In this document: one piece after another, positions 36,638-46,131 of the stretch
How the letters are laid out: each line of letters opens with the position of its first letter
Numbering within the stretch: the stretch's first letter is position 1
From: Nannocystales bacterium
Lineage (GTDB): Bacteria > Myxococcota_A > Polyangia > Nannocystales > Nannocystaceae
NCBI GenBank assembly: GCA_050633305.1
Contig: JBOEGF010000008.1
Coordinates: forward strand, 256,001-320,000
Length of the DNA stretch: 64,000 nt
Direction: 5' to 3'
Position numbers and translations under genes: made by a program
The notes under the pieces: model-generated
What the model saw: the letters and a program-made list of their open reading frames with translations, nothing else
Databases searched by the model: none
What the model was told of the DNA's origin: nothing

Positions 36638-38383
36638 ATGCGCTCGATTCGCCTCGCTCGCGCGGCTGCGGTCGCGCTCTTCATTCTTCCCGCCTGTGAT
36701 CGCGATGCCGTGCCCGACCCCGGTCCGGCCAGCGCCGAGTCGCAGGCCGAGGCCGCCGCACAGGCTCCCGCAGATGAGCAGCCTGCCCACCGCAATCCAT
36801 CTTCCGGGACAGAGCAGGCCCCGTCCCCGACGGCGGCCGCCGAGGTCGAAGCGCCCAAGCCCAAGGTCAAACCCGAGGACTACGGCACCCTGCGTGCGCC
36901 CCAACCGGCGCCAGCGGATGACGAGCTGACCGTCCACGGACTGGCCGGCTTCGAGGTTGTGACCGTCTACGCCGCGCCGAACCTCGAATCCGCGCGGCTG
37001 GGACATCTGAGGATCGGACAGCGTTCGATGGTCACCCCGGCCATCCCCGACGAGGGAGAGGGCTGCAAGAAAGGGTTTCACGGTCTCCCGACCGGCGGCT
37101 ACGCGTGTGCGAGCAAGGGCCTGCTCGTCGACCCCGAGAAGGAGCCGTACATGCACATGCCGCCTCCGCCTCCGCGGGTGGACTCGCCCCACCCCTATGA
37201 CTACGCGGTGGTCGCAAAAGAAGGCACGCCGATGTGGTGGCGTACTGCAGATGCCGACGAGCGGATGCTTGCGGAGGAGAAGTACATCGCGACACTCCCG
37301 GTCGAAGAACGGCCCGCGCCGAAGCCCGCCAAGAAGGGCGATACGGGCACCACGACCAAGCCCACCAGCGACAGCCCGGACGCCAAGCTCCCCGGTCTGC
37401 TGGACGAGCCGCCGGCGGAGCTCACCCCCGAGCAGAAGGCGGAGCTCGAGCGCAAGAAGGCAGCCGCGGCCGCCCGTGCCGCCGCGCAACGCGAAGCAGC
37501 CGCCGAACGCGAGGCCGAGCTCGAACGAAAGAAGGCTCGACTGCCTCTTCGTCCGGGCAACCCCTTCATGTCCAAGGGCAACATCCTCAGTGTCGGGGAC
37601 CGCACCAAGGACAAGGGGAGACGGTGGCTTCGAACGGCGCGCGGCGGATACGTCGAGGCAGGACGGGTATACGGAAAGAAAGTCTTCGACTTCGAGGGCG
37701 CCATCCTCGAGGAGGGCGCTGACTTCCCGTTCGGTTTCGTCGACGACGACAACGCGGCCGCGTACGAACTCCAAGAGGACGGCTCTCTCAAGCGAAAGAA
37801 GAAGCTCGAGTACCGCTCCTTCGTCGACCTGGAACCCGAGCCCAAGACCATCGGCAACCGCGCCTACTATCAGACGACCGACGGGACGTGGGTCCGTGAG
37901 TCCCACGTCCGACTGGCCGTGCGTCGAGAGATGCCCGCCGACATCGACCCATGGGAGCGGTGGGTCGACGTGAGTCTCTCCAGCCAACTCCTCGTCGCAT
38001 ACGAGGGCGATCAGCCGGTGTTCACCACCCTCGTGTCCACGGGCAAGAAGGGCAACAAGGAGGAGTCCTTCCGCACCCCCAAGGGCAAGTGGCGGATCCA
38101 GAGCAAGCACATCTCGTCCTCGATGGCCGGCACGACCGCCACCGACGGCGACTACTCGATTCAGGACGTCCCCTGGACCATGTTCTTCGAGGGCAACTAC
38201 GCCCTGCACGGCGCCTTCTGGCACACCCGGTTCGGCCGTACCCGGAGCCATGGTTGCGTGAACCTGGGACCAACCGACGCTCGGTGGTTGTTCTACTGGA
38301 CAACGCCCTTCATCCCCGAGACGTGGCATGGCGTGAAATCTCAGGACGACAGCCCTGGCTCGATGGTCGTGGTGCACGAATGA
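36638..38383 (+). CDS. L,D-transpeptidase (YkuD domain) lipoprotein
   Basis: Lipobox LPAC; C-terminal VSTG...TPKG.W.I..K, LHGAFWH..FG..RSHGCVNL. Confidence 0.9.
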   Translation: MRSIRLARAAAVALFILPACDRDAVPDPGPASAESQAEAAAQAPADEQPAHRNPSSGTEQAPSPTAAAEVEAPKPKVKPEDYGTLRAPQPAPADDELTVHGLAGFEVVTVYAAPNLESARLGHLRIGQRSMVTPAIPDEGEGCKKGFHGLPTGGYACASKGLLVDPEKEPYMHMPPPPPRVDSPHPYDYAVVAKEGTPMWWRTADADERMLAEEKYIATLPVEERPAPKPAKKGDTGTTTKPTSDSPDAKLPGLLDEPPAELTPEQKAELERKKAAAAARAAAQREAAAEREAELERKKARLPLRPGNPFMSKGNILSVGDRTKDKGRRWLRTARGGYVEAGRVYGKKVFDFEGAILEEGADFPFGFVDDDNAAAYELQEDGSLKRKKKLEYRSFVDLEPEPKTIGNRAYYQTTDGTWVRESHVRLAVRREMPADIDPWERWVDVSLSSQLLVAYEGDQPVFTTLVSTGKKGNKEESFRTPKGKWRIQSKHISSSMAGTTATDGDYSIQDVPWTMFFEGNYALHGAFWHTRFGRTRSHGCVNLGPTDARWLFYWTTPFIPETWHGVKSQDDSPGSMVVVHE

Positions 38384-39129
38384 GGCTCGGCGGGCTGGGA
38401 CTGGCGTTGCTGCTCGCCTGCGAGGCCGCCCCATCGCCCTCGCACAAGCCCTCACAGCGACCTCCGAGTGACGCAGCGCTGGGCTCGGACCTGCGCCGAC
38501 CCGAACCAGACGTCGGCAGAGCGGAGCCGCAGGTCTTCGCGCCACCCGCAGCCGACCCGGTCCTGCAGCCCCCCGTGGCCTCGCTCTGCGTCCGAATGTG
38601 TGAAACCCAGGGCCAGGCGCGGGCCATGTCTGCGGCGACGATCTCACGCGAGTGCGTGGCCCGGTGCGAGCGTGGCTCCGCCCAGGCATGTTCTGCGTCG
38701 AAGGCTCGTTCCCGCGTGGAGTCGGTCTCCATGAACCGACGTGCGCCCAAAGTCTGGGCGGAGGTGGCCAACCCGGCGTTTTACTGCGGCTACCAGGACG
38801 CGTTCACCCGCGGACTCCGGGCCGCGGAAACCCCGGACCTCGCGCTGCGCCGGAAGGCCCTCGGCGAGGCCCTCGCCGCCGACCCCTTTCCTTTAGACAC
38901 GTGTCCGACCGCCGCAGAGGTTCCGCTCGATGGCACGGCTGCCGATGCGATTGCGGCGTGCGAGCTCAGCGAGCCCTCCGCCGCATGGGATCACGACGTG
39001 GATGCCGCGAGCTACCTCGCTCGACGTGGCGTTCGGGTTCGCCTCGAGGCGGCGGGCCTCTACGCCGGCGATCGAAAAATCCTGCTCGATACGCTGCTTT
39101 TGTCGACCGCGCTCGAGCGCAAGCCGTAG
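38380..39129 (+). CDS. Hypothetical lipoprotein
   Basis: ATGA overlap with the transpeptidase stop; MRLGGLGLALLLAC lipobox. Confidence 0.6.
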   Translation: MRLGGLGLALLLACEAAPSPSHKPSQRPPSDAALGSDLRRPEPDVGRAEPQVFAPPAADPVLQPPVASLCVRMCETQGQARAMSAATISRECVARCERGSAQACSASKARSRVESVSMNRRAPKVWAEVANPAFYCGYQDAFTRGLRAAETPDLALRRKALGEALAADPFPLDTCPTAAEVPLDGTAADAIAACELSEPSAAWDHDVDAASYLARRGVRVRLEAAGLYAGDRKILLDTLLLSTALERKP

Positions 39130-39308
39130 CGCCGGGCCGGGCGCGATGTCGCTCAGTTCCGGTCGACTGGGTCAGCCAGCATCGCGAAGGGATGAACGCG
39201 CAAAGCTCCGGCGTAAGGTGGGCGAACGAACGCCGTTATCCGCACATCGAATACGCTGCACCACATGTCGACAAAGGTAGCCGCAGGAGCTATCACCTCT
39301 CGTTCGCG

Positions 39309-40157
39309 ATGGCTGACCGAGCACATCAGCAGCTCTTCAGCACCCAGGAAGCTCTAAGCTCCATTGGGCGCTATGGACTGCGCAAGCTTCTGGGAACAGG
39401 GGCCTCCGGTAGCGTCTATTCTGCTTTCGACCCCGAGAGCAACCAGGACGTCGCCGTCAACCTGATGCTCGTCAGCCCTGCAGCCGGACCGAACGCGGTC
39501 GCCGAACTTCGCGCCGAAGCCGAGGCCTGGGCGGCCATTGAGAACCCTTTCTTGGTGCGCATGCATGAGGTCGGCACGTACGTCGATCCACGCGAGCGCA
39601 GGCGTCAAGGCGTATACGTCGTCCGCGACCTGGTCTCGGGCATGGACATGCAGCGCTGGCTCGACGCGCTCACTCGACCCATCGCGATGTCATGGTCGCA
39701 CCTGTTGGGCATGTTCATCGACGCCGGCTCCGCCCTCGCGTCCGCCCACGGAAGAGGTCTCGTGCACGGCGGCTTCTCGCCGGCGAGCATCCTCGTTGGC
39801 TACGATGGCGGAATTCGCGTCTGTGATTTCACCTCCCGCTTGGCCAAGCCCATGGGAGACACCGACCAGTTCACCACCGTCGCCTACGCCGCCCCGGAGG
39901 TCCAGGCAGGCGGCCAGGTCGATGCGCTCTCGGACCAGTTCAGCTTTTGCGCGACGGTGTGGAGTTCGTTGCAACGCGTCGTGCAGGGCAAGATGCCTCG
40001 CCGGGTGAGCGCAGTGCTCGCACGTGGCATGGCCGAGAACCCGAGTGACCGATGGGGCTCGATGGAGCTCCTGCTGGCGGCCCTTGATAAGGCTCGCGGC
40101 GGCTTGCTTCGTCGTACGCTTGGGGCGTTCTCCTCGGCACGCCCGGCCGCGCTCTAA
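39309..40157 (+). CDS. Ser/Thr kinase-fold protein with degenerate catalytic motifs (pseudokinase)
   Basis: GTGASG, YAAPE and SDQFSFC retained, but VAVN, HGGFSPAS and DFT replace VAxK, HRDxKPxN and DFG. Confidence 0.82.
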   Translation: MADRAHQQLFSTQEALSSIGRYGLRKLLGTGASGSVYSAFDPESNQDVAVNLMLVSPAAGPNAVAELRAEAEAWAAIENPFLVRMHEVGTYVDPRERRRQGVYVVRDLVSGMDMQRWLDALTRPIAMSWSHLLGMFIDAGSALASAHGRGLVHGGFSPASILVGYDGGIRVCDFTSRLAKPMGDTDQFTTVAYAAPEVQAGGQVDALSDQFSFCATVWSSLQRVVQGKMPRRVSAVLARGMAENPSDRWGSMELLLAALDKARGGLLRRTLGAFSSARPAAL

Positions 40158-40177
40158 GCCTTGGCATTCCTGGGCCC

Positions 40178-40219
40178 GCAGAAAAGCCCCCGGGCACCAA
40201 GGTGCTGGGGGCTTTCTGC
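40178..40219. terminator. Bidirectional terminator
   Basis: GCAGAAAAGCCCCC..GCACC-AA-GGTGC.GGGGGCTTTCTGC between convergent genes. Confidence 0.7.
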
Positions 40220-40306
40220 TCGTTGTGACGTGGACTCGGCTCCGGGCGCGTGGGGCCGCGGGATTCCCCTGCGGCCCCCGTCGAATCCCGAGGACGGGAT
40301 TCAACG

Positions 40307-42238
40307 TTACTGCGGTTCGGTGCCCACGTCCGAGGGATCGATGCTCCACTCGAATCCGTCGAGCAAGACCAACGAGTCTAGGATGTTGTCCGAGACGTCG
40401 AAGATGGTCAGGTCGAGCGTCATGACTTCTCCGGGAACGACGGGAGAGCTGGTCGTCAGCCACACGGTGCCACCACCTGTGTTGCCGATCTCCATCCCGG
40501 TCCCTGCGAGGGCGCCTGCCCCGTCAGGACAGGTGTAGCAGCCGTTCGCGACACAGTTCTCGAAGAACCCGTTGTTGACGCTGACCGGGTTGTTGTTGGT
40601 GTCGAACGAGATGTTGCCATCCGCGGGGATGCCAGCTGCGCCGGAGTCGAGCAGCGCGAGATAGAAGTCGTTGTACTCGGTGCAGGCCCAAGTCCAGTAC
40701 TCGGAGGAGAAGAACCGGAAGTCATAGCTGAACGACAGCGCGTTGGTCGGCACGCGCACCGTCAGACGCAGGCGAACCGAGTCGTTGGCGCCAGCGCCCG
40801 ACTCACAAGCACCGTTGCAGCTCGCGGACGCGGGGAGGCTTCCTCCGTTGGCCGCCAAGTACCCCGCGGGGGGAGTGTCAACCCAGCCGAAGTTGGCCCC
40901 CCCGTTGGGCTGCACGTACCCCGGGTCATTGGCATCTCGCATCCAGCCCGAGGACATCCCCGCCATCGTGCTGCCCGACGTTGGACCCACCCCTCCGGTT
41001 CCGTAGTTGGTCATGACAGCGGTCGAGGAGTCCATCATCGTCGCCAGATGCCCGGCGACTGGGACGGCACCGTTGGCCGTGAGGAACTCCGCTGAGATGA
41101 CGCCCCACTTGCGGGTCTCCAGCGGCTCCGCCAGCGTCGTGAACTGGCATAGGTCCATCGCTTCGGCCATGTCGTCGGCATCAACGCCACCAAAGATCGC
41201 TGCCGCCGAACAATCCGGCGCATCGATGGCATCCGAGGTCAGCGGATCACAGTCATCATCGACGCCGTTGCCGACGAACTCGAATGCCCCAGGGTTGACC
41301 AACTCGGGGCTTCCGCAGCCAAACTCGTCTTCACAACAGTCGTTGTCGCAGTACGTCCAACCGTCGCCGTCCACGTCGATGACGTCGTCCGCTGCCCCGT
41401 TGCAGTCGTCATCGAGCAAGTTGCCGCAGACCTCGATCGCCTCGGGGAGAACGAAGCCGACACACGCACCCCACCCCGTACCGAAGGCATTGCACTGTTG
41501 GGTGCCTCCTACGCAGATTCCGACATCTTCGGTCCCCGCTGGGCCCGGGTAACACGGCTGCTCAGCATTCGGCTCGCAGGCGCACTCGATCTCGGACTCG
41601 CATCCGGCCGCACCGTCACAGTCAAAGAATCCGTCATCGCACTCGCCGACCTGGCAAGACTTCCCATCGCAGCTGACCGCTTGCTTCTCTGGAATGGCGC
41701 AGTCGTTGTCGCACCCTCCGCAGTGCAGGAGGTCGGTGTTGATGTCGACGCACTCGCCAGAACAACACTCGAATCCATCTCCACATGGGTGCATTCCGGT
41801 ACAGCCCGGCACGCACTCACTGTCCTCACAGATCGAGCCTGCGTCGCAGTCGTCGTCTCCGATGCACTCGGGCCCTGGACCGGTCGTGGCGTCCCCAGAC
41901 TCCGAGCCGCTGCCCGTCGTGGAGGTCGTACCCGAGTCCGATGGGTCGTCCGTTGCTGTCGCCGTGTCGGAGTCGGAAGCTTGTCCGGTGCTGGAGTCCC
42001 CAGCGGAGGCCGTGACGGTCGCGGAGTCGCTCACCGAACCCTGGCTGTCGGAGTCCACCGTATCAGCGGTGTCGCTCGCGGTTGCAGTGTCGCTCGCTGT
42101 CGCACTCTCGGTCGCCCCCGCGGACGAGCCATCGGTCGCCGAATCACCAAATGGCGTCGTTACATCCGAGTTGTCGCAGCCTGCGCCAAGCGCCGTACAG
42201 GCCAGCGCGATTCCAATCCATTCGATTCGGTTCATCAT
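40307..42238 (-). CDS. Cys-rich surface lipoprotein with choice-of-anchor L-like C-terminal domain
   Basis: Lipobox GAGC, S/T/D stalk, HCGGC and DDDC repeats, FSYDFRFFSSEY..W.C..YND, GNISFD, DVSD..LDS. Confidence 0.78.
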   Translation of the reverse strand: MMNRIEWIGIALACTALGAGCDNSDVTTPFGDSATDGSSAGATESATASDTATASDTADTVDSDSQGSVSDSATVTASAGDSSTGQASDSDTATATDDPSDSGTTSTTGSGSESGDATTGPGPECIGDDDCDAGSICEDSECVPGCTGMHPCGDGFECCSGECVDINTDLLHCGGCDNDCAIPEKQAVSCDGKSCQVGECDDGFFDCDGAAGCESEIECACEPNAEQPCYPGPAGTEDVGICVGGTQQCNAFGTGWGACVGFVLPEAIEVCGNLLDDDCNGAADDVIDVDGDGWTYCDNDCCEDEFGCGSPELVNPGAFEFVGNGVDDDCDPLTSDAIDAPDCSAAAIFGGVDADDMAEAMDLCQFTTLAEPLETRKWGVISAEFLTANGAVPVAGHLATMMDSSTAVMTNYGTGGVGPTSGSTMAGMSSGWMRDANDPGYVQPNGGANFGWVDTPPAGYLAANGGSLPASASCNGACESGAGANDSVRLRLTVRVPTNALSFSYDFRFFSSEYWTWACTEYNDFYLALLDSGAAGIPADGNISFDTNNNPVSVNNGFFENCVANGCYTCPDGAGALAGTGMEIGNTGGGTVWLTTSSPVVPGEVMTLDLTIFDVSDNILDSLVLLDGFEWSIDPSDVGTEPQ

Positions 42239-42398
42239 CCAGTCGCCCCCTGAACTCACAGAGGCACTCAGGCCTCTGGGTCCTCTACGGGCGGCAACCC
42301 CTCGTACGCCGCCCGATTTGCAGGGTGATCAGACTCGATGAGCGCGCGTCGCGTCAAGAGCCGGCGACCCTACAGGAGCGCACATTCAGTTGTTCAGA

Positions 42399-42653
42399 CT
42401 ACGCTTCGAGCACACTGGGATGTGTGAGCACATGGACGGGCTTGCGCTCGTTGAGGCGGTCGAGGCCACGGTGGATGAGCGCGGACCAGTGTCGAACCCG
42501 CTCCAGCATGTCCGGGGACGTCTCCAAGCCCTGGCGGTCGATCTGAACGAGCGCCTCCTGCAATCGAGCGGTTGCGTCGAAAAGCGCGCGCTCCGCTGCC
42601 TGAAGCAGCTCGTCCGCATCTTGGGGGCCACGATCGTGCTTGTAGGGGTTCAT
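42399..42653 (-). CDS. Small hypothetical helical protein
   Basis: RBS AGGAG before MNPYKHDRG; 84 aa, amphipathic. Confidence 0.55.
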   Translation of the reverse strand: MNPYKHDRGPQDADELLQAAERALFDATARLQEALVQIDRQGLETSPDMLERVRHWSALIHRGLDRLNERKPVHVLTHPSVLEA

Positions 42654-42855
42654 CGCATCGACTCCTGGTTTCCTGGGGAGAGTCCGATCCCTCCGCATGA
42701 ATTTAACCTGACAGCCCAGCGCCTCAGGGAAAGGGCCGATTCGCGACGAAATCGCAAATTATCGGCTCGATTCCCCCAAAAGGAGATCGGATCGACGAGA
42801 TCCCCGTGCGAGCCGCCCCCTCAAGAGGCCACATTCGACGACATGCCCCCCAGGG

Positions 42856-43692
42856 TCAGAACCTGTCCTTCGCGGACCTAAGCGCGCCGACCACCCCCAC
42901 CGTGTCCCCTGCTGGCACGTCGAGCTGGGCGGCGATCGACGCGCGGACGCCCGGGTCGAAGGCCAACAAGAAGGGGTTCGTCCGGAACTCGCGCTCCAAC
43001 GTATCGGGAACCGAGCTCCCCGTCGCTGCGCGCTCTTCCCGAAGAGCATCCCGCCGAGCCTGGATTTCGTCGTTTGTGGGCAGCACATGCCCCGCAAAAC
43101 GTAGGTTGGACTCCGTGTACTCGTGGGCACAGCAGACCAGCGAAGCGGGATCCTGCGCCGACAAGACACGCATCGAGGCATCCAGGTCCTGTGCTGTTCC
43201 TTCGAACAGGCGTCCACAGCCCCCAAGGAACAGGCTGTCTCCCACGAACAGGGCGGGTCTTCCTTCAAGTCGGCCAACCCGTCCCGGCGAACCGGCATGG
43301 CCATGCCGGGTGACCCGCGCCATCGGCGTGTCGCAGCGATACGCGATGTGCCCACGTGTGTGCGCTCGCACGTCAAGAACCGAGAGTTCGACGCCTGCGA
43401 CCTCGACACACTCTCCGACCTCAACCGGACGAGTGAGGCCCGGAATCCTCTCCCGATCATGCGCAGGGCCCAGAATCGCGCAGCCAACCGTTTCGCTCAG
43501 CTTCACGTTTCCCCCCACGTGGTCGGGGTGATGATGCGTGTTGAGGACCGCCTCCAAGGTGACATCGAGCGCCTCGAGGACCGGAAGGACCGCCGTCGCA
43601 TCAGGCGGATCGACCACAAACGCTCGGTCGCCGTTGCGGACCAGATAGACGTAGTTGTCCTGCCAGACCGGGATTTGCAGCAGTTCGAGCAC
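42856..43692 (-). CDS. gloB: Hydroxyacylglutathione hydrolase (glyoxalase II)
   Basis: DNYVYL, VVDP, THHHPDHVGG, HTRGH, GDSLF.GGCGRLFEG, CAHEYT..N, E..TNPF. Confidence 0.9.
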   Translation of the reverse strand: MLELLQIPVWQDNYVYLVRNGDRAFVVDPPDATAVLPVLEALDVTLEAVLNTHHHPDHVGGNVKLSETVGCAILGPAHDRERIPGLTRPVEVGECVEVAGVELSVLDVRAHTRGHIAYRCDTPMARVTRHGHAGSPGRVGRLEGRPALFVGDSLFLGGCGRLFEGTAQDLDASMRVLSAQDPASLVCCAHEYTESNLRFAGHVLPTNDEIQARRDALREERAATGSSVPDTLEREFRTNPFLLAFDPGVRASIAAQLDVPAGDTVGVVGALRSAKDRF

Positions 43693-43749
43693 GAGCGGAG
43701 CATACGTGGTGCTCCGATCGTGTGACAGGGCGAGCACGAGTCGATACGA

Positions 43750-45213
43750 TTGCCACGGAAGAACGCCTTGGGCGTCGAAGACCCCACCGTCGCCGACGAT
43801 TCCTCGGCATCGATGACGTCGGCCCCGCTTGCCGACATCTCTGGGAGCGTCCTGCATGGCCGCTACAGAGCAGCGCGGCTTGTGGGCTCGGGATCGATGG
43901 GTGATGTCTACGACGGCATCGACCTGAGCACCGGCGGCCGCGTTGCGTTGAAGGTCCTCAAACCCGAGCGCGCGGTCCGAGAGGTCTTCCGCCATCGCTT
44001 CATGCGGGAGGCCAAATCGGCGGTCCTGATCGACCACCCGAACGTCGTCGACGTGCTCGACTTCGGCGAGACCCCCGAGGGTCTGCTCTTCATCGCGATG
44101 GAGTTCCTCGAGGGCGAAGACCTCTCGTCCTACCTGGGTCGCAACGGCCGCCTTCACTGGCCGCACGCGGTCGTCGTGCTCCGGCAGATCGCAGCCGCAC
44201 TCGCAGCCGCCCACGACTGCGGTGTGGTGCACCGCGACGTGAAGCCGTCCAACATCTTGTTGCGTCAAGACGGGCCGGGGGGCCTCATCGTCAAGCTCCT
44301 CGACTTCGGGGTCGCCAAGCTCGACAACCAGATGGTTTCCCGCGTCCTCACGCGGGCCGAGGATGTTGTGGGCACCGTCTTGTACATGTCGCCTGAACAG
44401 GCTGAGGGACGCACAGCGGACCTGCGCTCGGATGTCTACGCGTTTGGGGTCACCGCATTCCAGACGCTGACCGGGGATGTCCCCTTCCCCGGTCGCGACC
44501 TGTTCAAGGTGATGAGCGCCCACCTCAATGAAGCACCGCCCGACCCCGCGACCGGTGCACCCGAGATGCCCCCGTGGGGCTCACAGTTCGTGCTGCGCTG
44601 CCTCGAGAAGGCACCGGACTCTCGGTATCAGAGCATGCATGACGTGCTCTCCGTGCTCTCTGGAACGGTGGATCCAGGCATCGTCTCCGAGCCCCGAGCA
44701 GGCACACCGATCAACGACCCCCGCGACGCCGAATACGACCTGCACCCGCCGCTGATGGAGGATGCGCTCCCGTCCGGGAGCCAGACCCCGCTCCTCCCAT
44801 CGAACCACGCGGACGAGTTCGACGAAGCACCGACCGCATACTTTCAAGCACAGGCTGCGGTGCCCGTGCGTGTGCCCGCCACCACCACGACGCGAACGCC
44901 CGCGCTCCCGCCCGAGCCCGAGCCTGCAACCGAAGTCGCGGTGGCGACGTTCCAGCACCCACACCCGTTCATCGCACCTGTCCCAGCAGGCCCCCCGATG
45001 ACCCACACGCAGCCGATGCCGGTCGAACCGGCTCCGCTCCAGCTGAGCTCGCCGTTCGGCCGTCAGGATCCGCTCGGCGGCCAAACCCTGCCCGTCCCCG
45101 CGTTCCCCGAGGACCCCGAGCCGTACGACCCCCGCCCCTCACGCGGGATCTACGTTCTCCTCGCGTTTGGTGTGCTGGCCGTCCTCGCAGCGCTCGCCGT
45201 GGTCGTTGGGTAG
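43750..45213 (+). CDS. Ser/Thr protein kinase with Pro-rich tail and C-terminal TM helix
   Basis: GSGSMG, VALK, HRDVKPSN, DFG, GT..YMSPE, SDVYA.G. Confidence 0.92.
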   Translation: MPRKNALGVEDPTVADDSSASMTSAPLADISGSVLHGRYRAARLVGSGSMGDVYDGIDLSTGGRVALKVLKPERAVREVFRHRFMREAKSAVLIDHPNVVDVLDFGETPEGLLFIAMEFLEGEDLSSYLGRNGRLHWPHAVVVLRQIAAALAAAHDCGVVHRDVKPSNILLRQDGPGGLIVKLLDFGVAKLDNQMVSRVLTRAEDVVGTVLYMSPEQAEGRTADLRSDVYAFGVTAFQTLTGDVPFPGRDLFKVMSAHLNEAPPDPATGAPEMPPWGSQFVLRCLEKAPDSRYQSMHDVLSVLSGTVDPGIVSEPRAGTPINDPRDAEYDLHPPLMEDALPSGSQTPLLPSNHADEFDEAPTAYFQAQAAVPVRVPATTTTRTPALPPEPEPATEVAVATFQHPHPFIAPVPAGPPMTHTQPMPVEPAPLQLSSPFGRQDPLGGQTLPVPAFPEDPEPYDPRPSRGIYVLLAFGVLAVLAALAVVVG

Positions 45214-45273
45214 CAGACCGCGCGGGACCGGGACCACACGCGACCGACCCCGGAAAGGCGACCGGATCGCGCT

Positions 45274-46083
45274 TTGATGATGAAAAGTGCTCGATTCAGC
45301 TCGGCAGCGTACTCTCGGGAGCGCGTGTTCGAAGCGGACGACATGCCCGCACCCGTGCGGGCGATCCTCCCCCCGGTGTTCTCCCTTGTGGAGCCACCGC
45401 AGGGCGAGCTTTCGGAGGTGGCGTTCGTCCGAAGCGCGGACCAACACGACATCGTCATCAAGCACTCCGCGAACCCGGTCTACTCGCAGTGGCTCGATCG
45501 CGAAGCGAAGGTCCTGCGCGCACTGGAGTCGACCAATCTCCCGGTCCCACAGGTCATCGCCCACCACATCGATGGGGACGCGCAGTGGCTGCTGATGACC
45601 CGGATCCCCGGCGAGTCGGGTTGGACTGCGCTCGCCGACGCGTCCACAGCCGAGCGACGCTCGTTGCTCCGCGCCCTCGGAGACATGCTGGCGCGCATTC
45701 ACGCGACGCCCGTCCCCGAGGCGCTCAGCGATGCCGACGCTACGCCCTGGCTCGAGCGCCACCGGGTCTACGCCGAAGAGGTCTCGCTCGACAACGACCT
45801 GCTCGCGTCCTTCGGCCCGCCCGCGCCCGAGGTCCGTACCTTCATCCACGGCGACTTCACACTCGACAACGTTCTGCTGTGCGAAGGACGAGTCAGCGGT
45901 GTGATCGACTGGAGCGGGTGTGGAGCCGGAGACCCGCGTTTCGACATTGCCCTCGCCCTCGCGACCGCCCCCGAGCTCGTCCTGCAACCCGCCGACCACG
46001 AAGCGTTCTTCTCGGGCTACGTCAAGGACAGCATGCCCGCACCGCTGCGCTCGATGGTGCGAGAGCTGTACGGCGTCGGCTAG
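45274..46083 (+). CDS. Aminoglycoside phosphotransferase / choline kinase-like family protein
   Basis: VIK, RE..VL, PVP.V, HGDFTLDNVL, VIDWSG, D..FD. Confidence 0.82.
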   Translation: MMMKSARFSSAAYSRERVFEADDMPAPVRAILPPVFSLVEPPQGELSEVAFVRSADQHDIVIKHSANPVYSQWLDREAKVLRALESTNLPVPQVIAHHIDGDAQWLLMTRIPGESGWTALADASTAERRSLLRALGDMLARIHATPVPEALSDADATPWLERHRVYAEEVSLDNDLLASFGPPAPEVRTFIHGDFTLDNVLLCEGRVSGVIDWSGCGAGDPRFDIALALATAPELVLQPADHEAFFSGYVKDSMPAPLRSMVRELYGVG

Positions 46084-46131
46084 AACGCCGACCGGTTGAA
46101 CTCGGCCCCGCAACGTCTGGGCTGCAGAGTC

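Noticed and set aside
42759..42766. Exact GCCGATAA (sigma28 -10) on the minus strand
   Set aside because: No TAAA/TCAAG-like -35 element at the correct spacing.
43693..44523. Long N-terminal extension on gloB (track ORF 42856..44523)
   Set aside because: It overlaps the + strand kinase antisense; glyoxalase II similarity begins near 43692.
45274..46083. Acquired aminoglycoside resistance gene
   Set aside because: Only generic APH/choline-kinase motifs, host-like composition and no mobile context; the substrate is unknown.
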